A stretch of DNA of 63,585 nt, the filler included, from Deltaproteobacteria bacterium (GTDB lineage: Bacteria; JAUYMQ01): the NCBI GenBank assembly GCA_030698575.1. It is 11 parts of 11 records of this genome, joined end to end, with 100 filler letters (N's around TTAATTAATTAA, not from the genome) between each part and the next. Parts side by side here need not be neighbours in the genome. Positions count along the whole stretch, not along the records: positions 43,966 to 49,784 come from JAUYMQ010000551.1; positions 49,885 to 52,781 come from JAUYMQ010000564.1; positions 52,882 to 59,010 come from JAUYMQ010000583.1; 8 more parts are not named here. One strand, 5' to 3'. Below the pieces are notes generated by a model that worked only from the letters and a program-made list of their open reading frames with translations, was not told the origin of the DNA and made no database searches. The translations under genes were made by a program, and so were the position numbers. This document shows, piece after piece, positions 47,883 through 58,080 of the stretch (position 1 is the stretch's first letter; each line of letters opens with the position of its first letter).

Positions 47883-48482
47883 ATGAAAAGCGTTTTGGTC
47901 CGGAGCGCGATTGCGGCGCTTTGGTTTCTGACGGCCGGTTGCGAACATTTCCGCGGGGAAGATGCAATCCCGCCGTCGGTGATGGCCGTGGCCGATGAGT
48001 ATCGCGTGGGTCCGTCGGACGTGCTGAGCGTCTCGGTCTGGAAGCAGCCGGATCTGACCCTGGGTCTGACGCCTATCCGCCCGGATGGAAAGATCTCGCT
48101 GCCGCTGCTCGGTGACATCGACGTGGAAGGGCTTACGGCCCTCGAGATCAACGAGGTCATCACCGAGCGGCTGAAGGAATTCGTGAGTGATCCGGAGGTT
48201 ACGGTTGCCGTAGTGCAGGTGAACTACCCGGTGGTGTTCCTGATCGGCGAGATCAACCGGCCCGGCCCGATTCCGATCCGGCAGAACACGACGATGCTGC
48301 AAGTGATCTCGATGGCGGGCGGGTTCACCCCGTTCGCGGACAAGGACGACGTTCACATTATTCGCCGCGAGGGGGACATGGAATACCGGATCCGCTTCGA
48401 CTATGACGAAGCGCTGAAAGGGAAGGCGACCAAGCCGACGCTCTACGTGAAGCCCGGGGACGTCATCGTGGTGGAGGACTAG
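47883..48482 (+). CDS. Polysaccharide export lipoprotein (Wza/OPX family)
   Basis: TAGC lipobox, EYRVGPSDVL, RPDGKISLPLLG, AGGFT, KPGDVIVV. Confidence 0.93.
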   Translation: MKSVLVRSAIAALWFLTAGCEHFRGEDAIPPSVMAVADEYRVGPSDVLSVSVWKQPDLTLGLTPIRPDGKISLPLLGDIDVEGLTALEINEVITERLKEFVSDPEVTVAVVQVNYPVVFLIGEINRPGPIPIRQNTTMLQVISMAGGFTPFADKDDVHIIRREGDMEYRIRFDYDEALKGKATKPTLYVKPGDVIVVED

Positions 48483-48537
48483 GCCGGGTCGTGGCGCTCG
48501 GGGACGGGGCTGTGCCGTGGGGGAGGGCGCGGATCAC

Positions 48538-49784
48538 ATGAGGCGGGCTCTGGCCAGCTTCGGGAGCATGCTCGCCGGCTTCGCCTGCGCCGGCCTGCTG
48601 TTGTTGGTCGGCCCGGTCGATGCGGCGGCCTTCGATCGCATGGTCGTGACTTACGGGCTTCGGGAGTACGCCGAGTACGACGACAACCTTTTCTTCGCCG
48701 TGGAGGGAGAGCCAAAGATCTCCGATGTGGCGATCAATACGGCGCCGGATCTCTCATTCCTTTACGACGACGGCAAGACGAGGCTGCTGGGTCGCGCGAG
48801 CTACAGACGCGAGAGCTTCATCGACAACAGGGAGGGGAGCGGAAACTACTATTCGTTCAGCGGAGAGTTCTCGAGGTTGCTGACCGACCAGGTCTCCTTC
48901 TCCCTGCTGGGCGGCTACACGAACTACGCCTCGCTCCAGCAGGGCCAGGTGTTGCAGGAGCCGGGCCAGCGCAACGTGATACGGCCGATCCGGGGCGCGG
49001 TGACGGAGGGGACCGTTTTCTCGCCCTCGCTCTCCGTCTTCTGGTCGCGCCGGTTCGGAACGAGCCTGACCTACGAGGATAACCAGAGTTTTACCGAAGG
49101 AGGGCTTGGCCAAATAGGGCGGTCCATCGCGCTGAACGGTTTCTACGGGCTGTCCCGGCGCACGACGCTGAGGGGCTTCCTTGTGGCCCAGTCGAACCGG
49201 AATTCGCGCCTGCCGCTGGTTGAGAGATCGGACACCGATTCCTTCGCGGCGCGTTTCGGGTTCCAGCACACGTTCTCCCCGAGGCTGACGGCGGAACTCT
49301 CGGCGGGTCCGCAATGGACAAAGGACGTCAACACGCCGCGGAACGTGACCGTGCTTTACAACGGGATTACCGAGGTGGTCGTGGATCCGGTCCTGGGGCT
49401 CACCGCGCCGGCGTACGTGAGCGAACCAGGGAAGAAGGTGGAGGATACGTCGCTGGGGCTATCCTTCAGTCTGCAGATGTCCTACCAGCTCGACAAGCGG
49501 ACCAACCTCGCGCTTTTCGCCGCGCAGGGAACCACGAGCGGCCAGGGCGCAGCGGGGACGCAACTGACCCAGGAGTTGCAGCTGACCGCCTCGCGGCACT
49601 TCGGATCGAAATGGAATCTTTCGGTTCGCGGCGCGTGGCAGAAGCAGTCGAGTGTGACAAAGGACGTGTCGATTCTCTTTTTCCCGGTAAACATCGGAGG
49701 AATAGTCGTTCAGTCGCCGGACCCGATCACGGGAGAGTTCGCGGCGCTCGACCGCAGGAGTTTCGACATCAACGCGCGCCTCGA
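48538..49784 (+). CDS. Outer-membrane beta-barrel protein of an EPS export locus, 3'-truncated
   Basis: Signal peptide, EYDDN motif, alternating beta-strand pattern; follows the OPX gene. Confidence 0.75.
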
Positions 49785-49884
49785 NNNNNNNNNNNNNNNN
49801 NNNNNNNNNNNNNNNNNNNNNNNNNNNNTTAATTAATTAANNNNNNNNNNNNNNNNNNNNNNNNNNNNNNNNNNNNNNNNNNNN

Positions 49885-50250
49885 GGGCGGGGGGGGGTGC
49901 CCCGGCCGGGGCCCCGCGCGGGGCCCGCGGGGGGGGCAGGGAAATCTTTTTTCCGAAGTATGAGTAGGGCGGAAGCCGATGCCGTAAAGAACACTGGGAA
50001 GCTTCGTGGAGGGAATGCTGGAGAAACCTTTTTTACTGATTCACGTTTTCGGAGTGGTGCTCGGGCTAAGGATCGGCTTTCGTTGCGAGATGCCCCCGAA
50101 GTGCAAATGGAATTCCGAAAAAAAAACAACCCAGCACTGAATATAAATGGACCGAAAGTACGACCTAGGGTCGGAGGTGGAGGAAAGGGCAAAGAATTCA
50201 GTACTTTTGATCCTGTAGAAGTCGAGGTTATCAATGTCCAACCCTTCTAA
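49885..50250 (+). CDS. Polymorphic (Rhs-type) toxin C-terminal domain, 5'-truncated
   Basis: Low GC; FFRSMSRAE...ETFFT...EF pattern; overlaps a small downstream gene. Confidence 0.6.
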   Translation, partial: GRGGVPRPGPRAGPAGGAGKSFFRSMSRAEADAVKNTGKLRGGNAGETFFTDSRFRSGARAKDRLSLRDAPEVQMEFRKKNNPALNINGPKVRPRVGGGGKGKEFSTFDPVEVEVINVQPF

Positions 50251-50596
50251 ATTCATTGGCAAATTATTCACGGCAAGCATTGGTGAGCCGTGGGACTTCA
50301 CGTCGAAAGCAGGCAGGAATCTACTTACTGGGCGAATAATTGACGTTATCGATGACGTCCTGTTGTGCGAGGTATCTCCTTTTGAGGATAAGGGGATAAC
50401 GATTGATCAAGTAGCAGCAGTTAATCGATATGTCGGGTCACAAGACTTTCTGGATTCAGCGTTAGACAAGAAGAACACCACCGCTAATTTTATGTATCCC
50501 TGCGATGGACATCATTTTTCTAGAGAATCTGCGATAGAAGAACTGGAAGCAGATCAAGGGATAACATTCTTGGTGGGGTCGCTAAAAATTGACTGA
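50234..50596 (+). CDS. Putative immunity protein
   Basis: 120 aa, acidic, low GC, overlaps the toxin stop. Confidence 0.55.
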   Translation: MSNPSKFIGKLFTASIGEPWDFTSKAGRNLLTGRIIDVIDDVLLCEVSPFEDKGITIDQVAAVNRYVGSQDFLDSALDKKNTTANFMYPCDGHHFSRESAIEELEADQGITFLVGSLKID

Positions 50597-50748
50597 CGAT
50601 TCATATGAATACGACACGCTGTTGGTTAACACAGGGGACCGCCGCGCTGCCGGCTGGCACGGTTGAGCGCCGTGACGCTGCTCATCGGGGAGCTTCCGGT
50701 CTGGGCGGGCGCGCCCTTCAATCATGGAAAAGAATAGGAGACGAGATC

Positions 50749-51966
50749 ATGGTGGATCAGTCGAATGAAGCGGCTGCACCGCCTCTAGTTGTTTCCCGCT
50801 GGCCCAGCGAGCGCCCGCTGTTCGTCCTCGTGCTGATGGTTTCGCTCGGATTTTGGTGTCTGCTTGCCGTTTCGATAGTCGGACTTCTCTACGCGGTGCT
50901 CATTGGTATCTTCTTTGGAATTGCACATCTCATCTTCATCGCTCACCTGCGGGGGAGCGCCGTCCGCCTGGGGCCGGAGCAGTTGCCCGAGCTGTACGGG
51001 AGGGTACAGGAACTCGCAGGCCGGCTCCGGATGCGCAAGACGCCGGAGGCCTATCTTTTACAGGCGGGGGGAACCCTCAACGCCCTGGCCACGAAGTTCA
51101 TGCGATCGAGCTTCATTGTTCTCTACGCCGAGCTTTTGGAGGCCTGCGGCGAGAATCCGGATGCGCGCGACTTCATCATCGCCCACGAGCTGGCGCACCT
51201 GAAAGCGGGTCACCTCCGCTGGCGATGGCTTCTGCTGCCCGGGATGTTCATCCCTTTTCTGGGCCACGCCTACTCGCAGGCGCGCGAGTACACTTGTGAT
51301 CGCTACGGCATCGCGGTGAGTCGCGACCGAACTGCGGCCCTCGAAGGATTGGTGGTTCTCGCGGCAGGGGGAAAGCACGCCCCCATGGTGAACCGGCGCG
51401 CGCTCGTCGAGCAACGGCGGGATCTCAACACCGGTTTGATGAAGATCGGCGAGTGGCTTTCGACGCATCCCCCCATCGCGCATCGTCTGGCGGAGATCAA
51501 GCCGGCACTGTTGGAAGGTGGTTCTTCAGGAAGGTTTGCAACCGCGAAGGCTCTGGCCCTGATAGCCGCGTTCGTCCTCATCCCGACAACGCTGGGGTTG
51601 GTCTTCGCGCAGAAGCTTTGGCCTACGCTCCGAGAACGGCTGAAGGAAGCGCAATCCCGAACATCGGCCGGAGGAAGCTCGCGCGACGAGACGTATGCGC
51701 AAATCTATCGCGATATTTCCGCTCTCGCGGAGGTGGCTGAATTCCACAGGCAGCGGTCGGGTGCGCCGCCGGCCGACACGGAAGCCCTGGCGGCCGCCTG
51801 GATCGAAACGCACCCTGATCGGGAACTTCCCAGGGATCCACAGAGCAATCTCCCATACCGCTACGACGTGGAGGGAGAGCACTACCTCATTAGCAGCATA
51901 GGTATCGACCCCGATACGGATGCGGACGACATCTATTTTTCCTCGCGCCAGGCGCTGGTCCGCTGA
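50749..51966 (+). CDS. M48 (HtpX/Ste24) zinc metalloprotease with C-terminal pseudopilin-like domain
   Basis: AHELAH, REYTCD, STHP; TM segment followed by LPRDPQSNLPYRY...SSIGID...DDI. Confidence 0.88.
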   Translation: MVDQSNEAAAPPLVVSRWPSERPLFVLVLMVSLGFWCLLAVSIVGLLYAVLIGIFFGIAHLIFIAHLRGSAVRLGPEQLPELYGRVQELAGRLRMRKTPEAYLLQAGGTLNALATKFMRSSFIVLYAELLEACGENPDARDFIIAHELAHLKAGHLRWRWLLLPGMFIPFLGHAYSQAREYTCDRYGIAVSRDRTAALEGLVVLAAGGKHAPMVNRRALVEQRRDLNTGLMKIGEWLSTHPPIAHRLAEIKPALLEGGSSGRFATAKALALIAAFVLIPTTLGLVFAQKLWPTLRERLKEAQSRTSAGGSSRDETYAQIYRDISALAEVAEFHRQRSGAPPADTEALAAAWIETHPDRELPRDPQSNLPYRYDVEGEHYLISSIGIDPDTDADDIYFSSRQALVR

Positions 51967-52018
51967 CAGACTTCTGCACCGTGCGGAATGCCTCTACGCG
52001 GGCCAGGTTCGCGGCTCT

Positions 52019-52535
52019 TCAGTTCTTCTCGCGCGGCCGTCTGCCTGTCACGAACCAGTCCCATATGCGCGGCTCGCCGGGGAACAAGCTCGTAGCCTAT
52101 GCGCTCGGCGTCCCAGGGGTAGAAGACCTTCCCCTGGCGCACCCAGCGGAAGCCTGCCCGGCGCAACCGGTAACGGATCTCGAAGTCGTAGTAGAACTTC
52201 TGGGCGAGCTTGCCGTCGTCGTAAAGTCCCAGCTCGAAATTGAACTTGCCGCGCTCGATCCGCCGCCGCGTGCGCGCCAGCGCGCGCTTTCGCACGCCCG
52301 TCTCCTGCAACTCCTCTTCGTGAATCAGCATTGCCTGGTAAAGCACCGGTTCCATGGCCGGGAAGATGGAGGTGAGCCGTCCGCCGGCGCGCAGGCTGTC
52401 GTGAATTCCCCGGAGAATGTCGTTGACCTCGCGGGCGTCGGGCGAGAGCACCGCGTTGACGGTGATGGCGACGTCGAATTGCTCGCGGCAGCCGTGGAGA
52501 TCGCGCAAGTCGCGCCGCAGGAAACGCACGTTGTG
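52019..52535 (-). pseudogene. Class I SAM methyltransferase C-terminal fragment with a frameshift near 52088
   Basis: DLRDL...FDVAITVNAVL...SLRAGG; deleting one base restores ELFPGEPRIWDWFV...-stop at 52019. Confidence 0.65.
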
Positions 52536-52539
52536 TCCG

Positions 52540-52781
52540 ATCGGCTACGCCTATAACGCCGCCGGCGCCGTGACCGACCTGACCTATCCAACGGGAGAAG
52601 TCCTCCACCACGACTACACGAAGGGCTATCTCACGGACCTTACGGGGAACGATGCGTACGCCTCGAACCTCCAGTACAACGTCTTCGGCGCGCTCGCGAG
52701 CGCAGCCTACGGCAACGGCGACACGGCGGGCTACGAATACTTCCAGAACGGGCGTCCGAGCCGGGCCCAGGCCAACGCCAA
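52540..52781 (+). CDS. Rhs/YD-repeat fragment (no start, truncated)
   Basis: YAYNAAGAVTDLTYPTG...YNVFGALASAAYGNG. Confidence 0.75.
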
Positions 52782-52881
52782 NNNNNNNNNNNNNNNNNNN
52801 NNNNNNNNNNNNNNNNNNNNNNNNNTTAATTAATTAANNNNNNNNNNNNNNNNNNNNNNNNNNNNNNNNNNNNNNNNNNNN

Positions 52882-53558
52882 CCGAGGTTGTGCCCGTCGT
52901 TCCAGCCTTCCGACGCATTGCCGCCCCGCTCATCGGCTGTCATATCGTTGCCGAGCCAGACAATTGGACTGCCAACGCCGGTCAGGTCCAGCGGGAGGCC
53001 GCCTGAGATAAAGCTCGATGCGTCAAGCGCAGCGGTAAAGTCGATGAAAATGTCGCCGACTTGCTCGACATCCACTGGAACTCCACCCGCTCCTGTGGAG
53101 AGAATGCCGTAACTCGCCCTTGTATGGTCGATCGTGCCGGCGGTCGCTGCCGTAGTTACCGTCATGCTGCCGGTTACATCCACACCATCGATGGTCACGA
53201 CAACAACAGGCGTTGTGGCGAAGTCTCCTTTGAAGTGAATATGCGTCAAGCCATCAGCGGCGGCCACTGCTGGCGTCAGCGCATCGTAAAGTGTTTCAGC
53301 AGCCGTATTGCGGATGAAGAACCTGATCTCTGTATTCAGCCGCTTGATTAGTGAACGCCCGTTGACCTCAAACATGTTCGTCGTGCCACTATCCGACACA
53401 AAATCAAACCACCCGGAGAAGGTAAGATACTGGCTATCAGCCGCGCCAGTCAGCGCCGTTGTCGTTAAACAGGCCGTTGCCTGATTGTCAACAAGGTTTT
53501 GCGAGTAGGCAGCCGCCGTTCCGCCGCCACAGCCCAGCAGCAATAGGTTTTTGCTCAT
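52882..53558 (-). CDS. Phage LamG/concanavalin-like virion protein, 3'-truncated
   Basis: Beta-rich (LTFSGWF, THIHF, VTIDGVD). Confidence 0.6.
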
Positions 53559-53617
53559 GCTGTCGGTACTCCACCACCGGTAAGCATAAAGTTGGTCATT
53601 ATACCTCCCACGGGTAA

Positions 53618-55174
53618 CTATAAGTCATAGTCGGTGTCAATCGACCCATCCCGCCCCGGCACCGTCGAGGGCCATGTCACGTAGCCCGACCCGATGGCCC
53701 CGGCGTCTCCGACACTGGCGCCGCCGCTGGCGTCAATATCGGCCGGCCCATTGGCTTTGATCGACCACATGGTCATGAACTCAGCGAGTGAGGCGGCGTC
53801 AAAGGAGCCGCCATCGCCATCGAAGGTTTGGGCAATCGTGCCGTCCACACCAATCTCTACATTGCTTTCCGTCGTGGGCGTGCCGGCGATGAGGTACGAA
53901 CTGGCAATGCACCGTTTGACAACATGTGTCCCGGTTGTCGTACCCTGACCGATCTTGACCGGCGCGTTCGGTGTTTGGTTGCCAAGGATTTGCGAGCAGT
54001 CCTTCGCCTGCTGCACGGTGACCCCGTGTGTTGAAGTAATGTCAGTCGCATTACCTACTATCCTTGGGTTGTCATAATAGAACCCGGAACCATTCATGTC
54101 ATCCATAAAAATGAATTGTGCCGTGCCCCTGGCGTCCCCTTGCCAGAACCTATTGCCCTCTACGGTAATAGACGCCCAGTTTGCCGCCGCAGTGGCCGAT
54201 CCGATAAACTGAAGAAAGTCTACATGCGGGTTGTCGGCGTCATCGCTGCGTCCGATAGGCTGCGACGCGACATTGTACGACATGGTAACAGCGACGCTTG
54301 CGCCCGGCCAAGTTATCTGGCACACATCCCGATAAAAGCGGTGGACCTCATTGCCCTGAATGTCGATGGTGCCTGTAGCGGACACGTTGAACGCCTTGTC
54401 CACATCCTCAATGAGGTTGTCATAGATCGTGATGTTCGAGTGATTGCCGCCGTTCGTGCTCACGCCGGTTGAATTTGTGCCGTAGGAACCTGCCTCCGAA
54501 TAATCGCCGTTCGGGTCCTTGAAAATCCCGGCCATTGTGCAGTTCTGCACGGTGATGTCGGCGCAGCCAGTGGACACTTCCTCGATGAGCATGACGAAAT
54601 GGTTGCTGTCCTGATTGGTGATGTTGACCCCATCCAGAACGACATTGCTGCACCGCCGGAATTGGAACTGATCCCATGTGCCCTTACTGTTCGTGTCGTG
54701 GCTGGACACCGTAAGCGGAGATGCAAACTGCCGGTTGCGGAAATCGAAGGTTGAGGCAATCCGCGACGTGATGGACGTTCCGGGGCGCGCCTTGATCGTC
54801 TTGCCGGAAATGGTTGCTGTGGTAAGGTCCAACACAGCGTTCCAATCGGCTTGACTGGCCACCGAATAGGTGTCGGCCTCGCTGCTGATCGTCAGATCAA
54901 CCGTGCCGCCCGCATGTGAACAGTGCAGTACCGCACCATCTGGCGCCCCCGCGAGGTCGAACACGAGCCGCCCGCCGGAGATCGAAGGCGTATAGCTGCC
55001 GAGCGAGCCGCTGACGAGGCTGTCGTAGGAAGTCAGGGCGACCTCGTTGTTGCTGGTATCGATGGGCTTGAAACCGCCGGAACTCGCCAGCGTCAGCGCG
55101 CCGAAGCCGGCGTTCTGGTCCAGCACGAGCCCGGACTGCCGCATGGACGGGAATGAGAGCGAAAAAAAGCTCAT
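53618..55174 (-). CDS. Phage parallel beta-helix (pectate-lyase-like) fibre/depolymerase
   Basis: Repeated NVVLDGVNI / ITVQNC / NITIYDNLI / ITVEGN strands, PHVDFLQF. Confidence 0.75.
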   Translation of the reverse strand: MSFFSLSFPSMRQSGLVLDQNAGFGALTLASSGGFKPIDTSNNEVALTSYDSLVSGSLGSYTPSISGGRLVFDLAGAPDGAVLHCSHAGGTVDLTISSEADTYSVASQADWNAVLDLTTATISGKTIKARPGTSITSRIASTFDFRNRQFASPLTVSSHDTNSKGTWDQFQFRRCSNVVLDGVNITNQDSNHFVMLIEEVSTGCADITVQNCTMAGIFKDPNGDYSEAGSYGTNSTGVSTNGGNHSNITIYDNLIEDVDKAFNVSATGTIDIQGNEVHRFYRDVCQITWPGASVAVTMSYNVASQPIGRSDDADNPHVDFLQFIGSATAAANWASITVEGNRFWQGDARGTAQFIFMDDMNGSGFYYDNPRIVGNATDITSTHGVTVQQAKDCSQILGNQTPNAPVKIGQGTTTGTHVVKRCIASSYLIAGTPTTESNVEIGVDGTIAQTFDGDGGSFDAASLAEFMTMWSIKANGPADIDASGGASVGDAGAIGSGYVTWPSTVPGRDGSIDTDYDL

Positions 55175-55229
55175 GAACCATCCCTTTGCACGCCTTGCCC
55201 AGCCTCGCCCGGATGTGTCCTTGCCCACA

Positions 55230-56144
55230 CTAGACCTTGCTCTTGAAGCCTATCATCGAGCATGTCACGGTCGTGGTCGCAGCCGAGGGATCGAAGTTCC
55301 ATGCCGTCGCGGCCGTGCCTGGAATGGGCACCGGAAACACCACTTTGTTGCCGCCATTGGCTGGTACGCTCATGGTCCACTTGACCGTCGCACCGTCGAG
55401 AATGTCTACCGTGATGTCCGATGTCGATGAATTGACCAGTTCGACCGCTGTGAGGTAGTGCTTGATGCCCGCCGCGCCAGCCGCGATACAAGCTGTGGAC
55501 GTGCCGTCCGTATTCGACGCATTGCCGGTTACGATGTCCTCCAGCCCACAGTGGGGCCGAGTGATCTGCGCCCCGTCGAGACCGAAATAGGCGTCGGTAC
55601 GGTCGGCAGCGGCCACCAACGTGACGCCGGAAAGCCCCGCCACGGCCTTACCGCCCGTCTTGACCGGATCGCCGGAGTCCACCGCGTCATGGGCCACCTG
55701 CTCGACAGGATCGACCACCGTGCCGGCGTCGTTGGTGATCTTCACCTTGCCGATGGCATTGGTGCCTGCCGGCAGAGCGGCCACGACATCGACCTGCATC
55801 TCGGTGCCTGACACCGCCCCGGCAAGCGTCGTGGTGTCGGCCTCGATGGCGTCGAGCACAGCGTTATCGGTGGCGCCGAGGTCCGCCGTCACCGTGCCGG
55901 ACACCGGCTGCGTTACGCCTGATCCATCGACCACGACCGGCGTCATGGACGCGATGCCCTGTACGCTGATCACATCCGTCGATGCCGTGCCGGCAGTCCC
56001 AAGCGCTGGCTGCTTGGCGGCGGTCGACGCCCCGCTGGGCAGCGCACAGGTATCCACGTTCACATGCCCGGTATGAACGCCTGCGGTGTCAGTCGTCTTG
56101 AACGTCGTGCCGGTTCCGGCAGTGACTGCCACATTATTTGCCAT
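55230..56144 (-). CDS. Phage structural/fibre-like protein
   Basis: Thr/Ala/Gly/Val-rich, TQPVSGTVTA and LPAGTNAIGKV motifs. Confidence 0.7.
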   Translation of the reverse strand: MANNVAVTAGTGTTFKTTDTAGVHTGHVNVDTCALPSGASTAAKQPALGTAGTASTDVISVQGIASMTPVVVDGSGVTQPVSGTVTADLGATDNAVLDAIEADTTTLAGAVSGTEMQVDVVAALPAGTNAIGKVKITNDAGTVVDPVEQVAHDAVDSGDPVKTGGKAVAGLSGVTLVAAADRTDAYFGLDGAQITRPHCGLEDIVTGNASNTDGTSTACIAAGAAGIKHYLTAVELVNSSTSDITVDILDGATVKWTMSVPANGGNKVVFPVPIPGTAATAWNFDPSAATTTVTCSMIGFKSKV

Positions 56145-56145
56145 T

Positions 56146-56289
56146 TTACAGCATCCCTACATGCAGCAGCGTCACGCCGCCTTCATCGAACAAAAGCAGG
56201 CTGTCACCGGCCTCGCCAGAGGCGGCCCCGCTCCCACTCCCGACGCCGCGCTTGAGCGCAGTCATCATCAGTCCCAAGATCATTCGCAT
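56146..56289 (-). CDS. Small phage protein with an MILGL hydrophobic N-terminus
   Basis: Fills the gap between the spike-base and fibre genes with tight spacing. Confidence 0.5.
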   Translation of the reverse strand: MRMILGLMMTALKRGVGSGSGAASGEAGDSLLLFDEGGVTLLHVGML

Positions 56290-56293
56290 GGCA

Positions 56294-56524
56294 TCAGCCG
56301 TGAATCGCGACGATGTTCGTCGCCGTCGTATTCGTCGACATGATCTTGTTGCAGGCGATGGGGTACACCGTGCCCGCCGCACAAGCCGTCAGCGTGACAG
56401 CGGCCGTGTCGTCCTGTGCGATCACAGCCACGTCGCCGGCAACGCCGACGTAGAAGCTTATGCAGTTCACCACCGTGCTATCGCTCGGCGTCACCGCCCG
56501 CAGCTTTCGTCCAACGTCAATCAT
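56294..56524 (-). CDS. Head spike base protein (RcGTA Rcc01079-like)
   Basis: AVTPSDS...FYVGVAGDVAV...AGTVYPI...TTATNIVAI. Confidence 0.8.
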   Translation of the reverse strand: MIDVGRKLRAVTPSDSTVVNCISFYVGVAGDVAVIAQDDTAAVTLTACAAGTVYPIACNKIMSTNTTATNIVAIHG

Positions 56525-58080
56525 TGGTTCCGCTCCAGTTGCCTCTGCTTGTCCATGATGATCTCCAGCACCGACTTGTTCGCCGTGATCCGCCCGGATT
56601 CGTCGGCCATGAACACCAGGTGCTTGGGCTTCTCGGGCTCGCGCTTCACCGGCTGGTAGGGCCGCGACATGCAGGCGTAGCGTGCCTCGTCCGGCGCGTG
56701 ATCCTCGCCGTCGGTGTCAACATCCTCGGGCCGGTTCACGTCATGCTGCAATGCCGGCAGCGTGCGGATCAGATCGCGGCACGTCGAGAACACGTAGAGC
56801 ATCGGGCGCTCGCCATCACCGCGCAGCCTGGCACGCATCTGATCCCAGCCGCCCATGGCGCCGCGCGCCGCGACGCGCTTGTTGTCCGCCCGGCGGAAAA
56901 CCACGCCAGCCTTTGCCATGCGCTCGGCTATCGACGGCCCGCCGTCAGACGCATAGGCCGCCGGGTCGATCACGCCATAAGCGATCTTTTCGCCGGTCTC
57001 CTTGGCGAGTATGCCGCGCGCCACGTCCTCTGCCGGCAACGGCGGCTTGAGGCCGATGTTCGGCGCGCTGGCCCCGTACCATTCCCGGTAGCGGACAATG
57101 GCCCCCTTGGGGATTATTCGCCGTTGCGCTCGATCCGCCCCGTGCGTGGGTTCCACTCGACCTTGGTCCACTCGTACTTCGACCCCGACTCCGTAGTCTT
57201 CTCCGGCAACGGCCCACCAGCCGATGCTGAAAGGATGGGCCGAGCCCCAATCGCCGCTGCGGAACCGTAGCCAATCATCCGGAATAGTGAACGGCGCGAT
57301 AACATGCTTTTCAGTGCTCCATTCTGGAAAGTACGCCCCATCTATAACAGACCAGTCGCCCTCAAGCCAAGCCTTGACCAAGTTCTCCGAACCCGTCATC
57401 TGCAGGTTCGCAACGTACTCGGCCCCGAGATAGCGGTTGTCCTGCAGCTTCGACGGAATGAACACCCGGTCCCGCTCGACTACCTCGCCTGTCCAGGGGT
57501 TCTTGTAGCTCGTAACAGAGCGCGTCCAGCCGAGCGGGGCCGGATCGATGTAGCGCGCCTTGACCCAGTGATGGCCGGGACCGCCGGGGTTGCCCGTCGC
57601 CCTGAAGCCGCACGGCACGCCGGCGCCGGAGCGCAGCGTCGCCATCAGCTTCAGGATCGGCCGGTCAGACGGGAACGTCCCGATCTCCTCGACGTAGACG
57701 CGCGAATAGCTGTGGCCCTGGTACTGGTCCGCGTCCTGGTCGCGCTCAAGGTACGCAAACCGCAACCGCGCCCCGTTGGGCGCCCGCCACATCTTGTCCT
57801 GCTCGTTGTACTTCCAGCCCAGCGGGCCGTAGATCATGCGCGAACGCTCGATGGTCTCGACGAGCTGCGTCCGTTCCAGGCGCACCATGAGGCCGATGGC
57901 GTTCTCGCCGAACATATCGGCATGGCGGATGAAATCGCCTAGCACGCCGTCCGTCTTGCCGCCGCCGCGTGCCCCGCCAAAGAAGACCTCGAAGACCGGG
58001 CAGGCTATGAGCGCGGTTTGCGGCCCGTCCTGAGCGCGCCAGGCTACTGCAGTCTGCGGGGGCTGTACTGACGCTCCCAT
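56521..58080 (-). CDS. Phage terminase large subunit
   Basis: GGARGGGKT, YVEE, TGNPGGPGHHWVK, GDWG, EDHAPDEARY. Confidence 0.95.
   Translation of the reverse strand: MGASVQPPQTAVAWRAQDGPQTALIACPVFEVFFGGARGGGKTDGVLGDFIRHADMFGENAIGLMVRLERTQLVETIERSRMIYGPLGWKYNEQDKMWRAPNGARLRFAYLERDQDADQYQGHSYSRVYVEEIGTFPSDRPILKLMATLRSGAGVPCGFRATGNPGGPGHHWVKARYIDPAPLGWTRSVTSYKNPWTGEVVERDRVFIPSKLQDNRYLGAEYVANLQMTGSENLVKAWLEGDWSVIDGAYFPEWSTEKHVIAPFTIPDDWLRFRSGDWGSAHPFSIGWWAVAGEDYGVGVEVRVDQGRVEPTHGADRAQRRIIPKGAIVRYREWYGASAPNIGLKPPLPAEDVARGILAKETGEKIAYGVIDPAAYASDGGPSIAERMAKAGVVFRRADNKRVAARGAMGGWDQMRARLRGDGERPMLYVFSTCRDLIRTLPALQHDVNRPEDVDTDGEDHAPDEARYACMSRPYQPVKREPEKPKHLVFMADESGRITANKSVLEIIMDKQRQLERNQ

Noticed and set aside
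50654-50670. TGGCACG sigma-54-like element upstream of the M48 protease
   Set aside because: The GC dinucleotide is one base too close, so the -24/-12 spacing is wrong.
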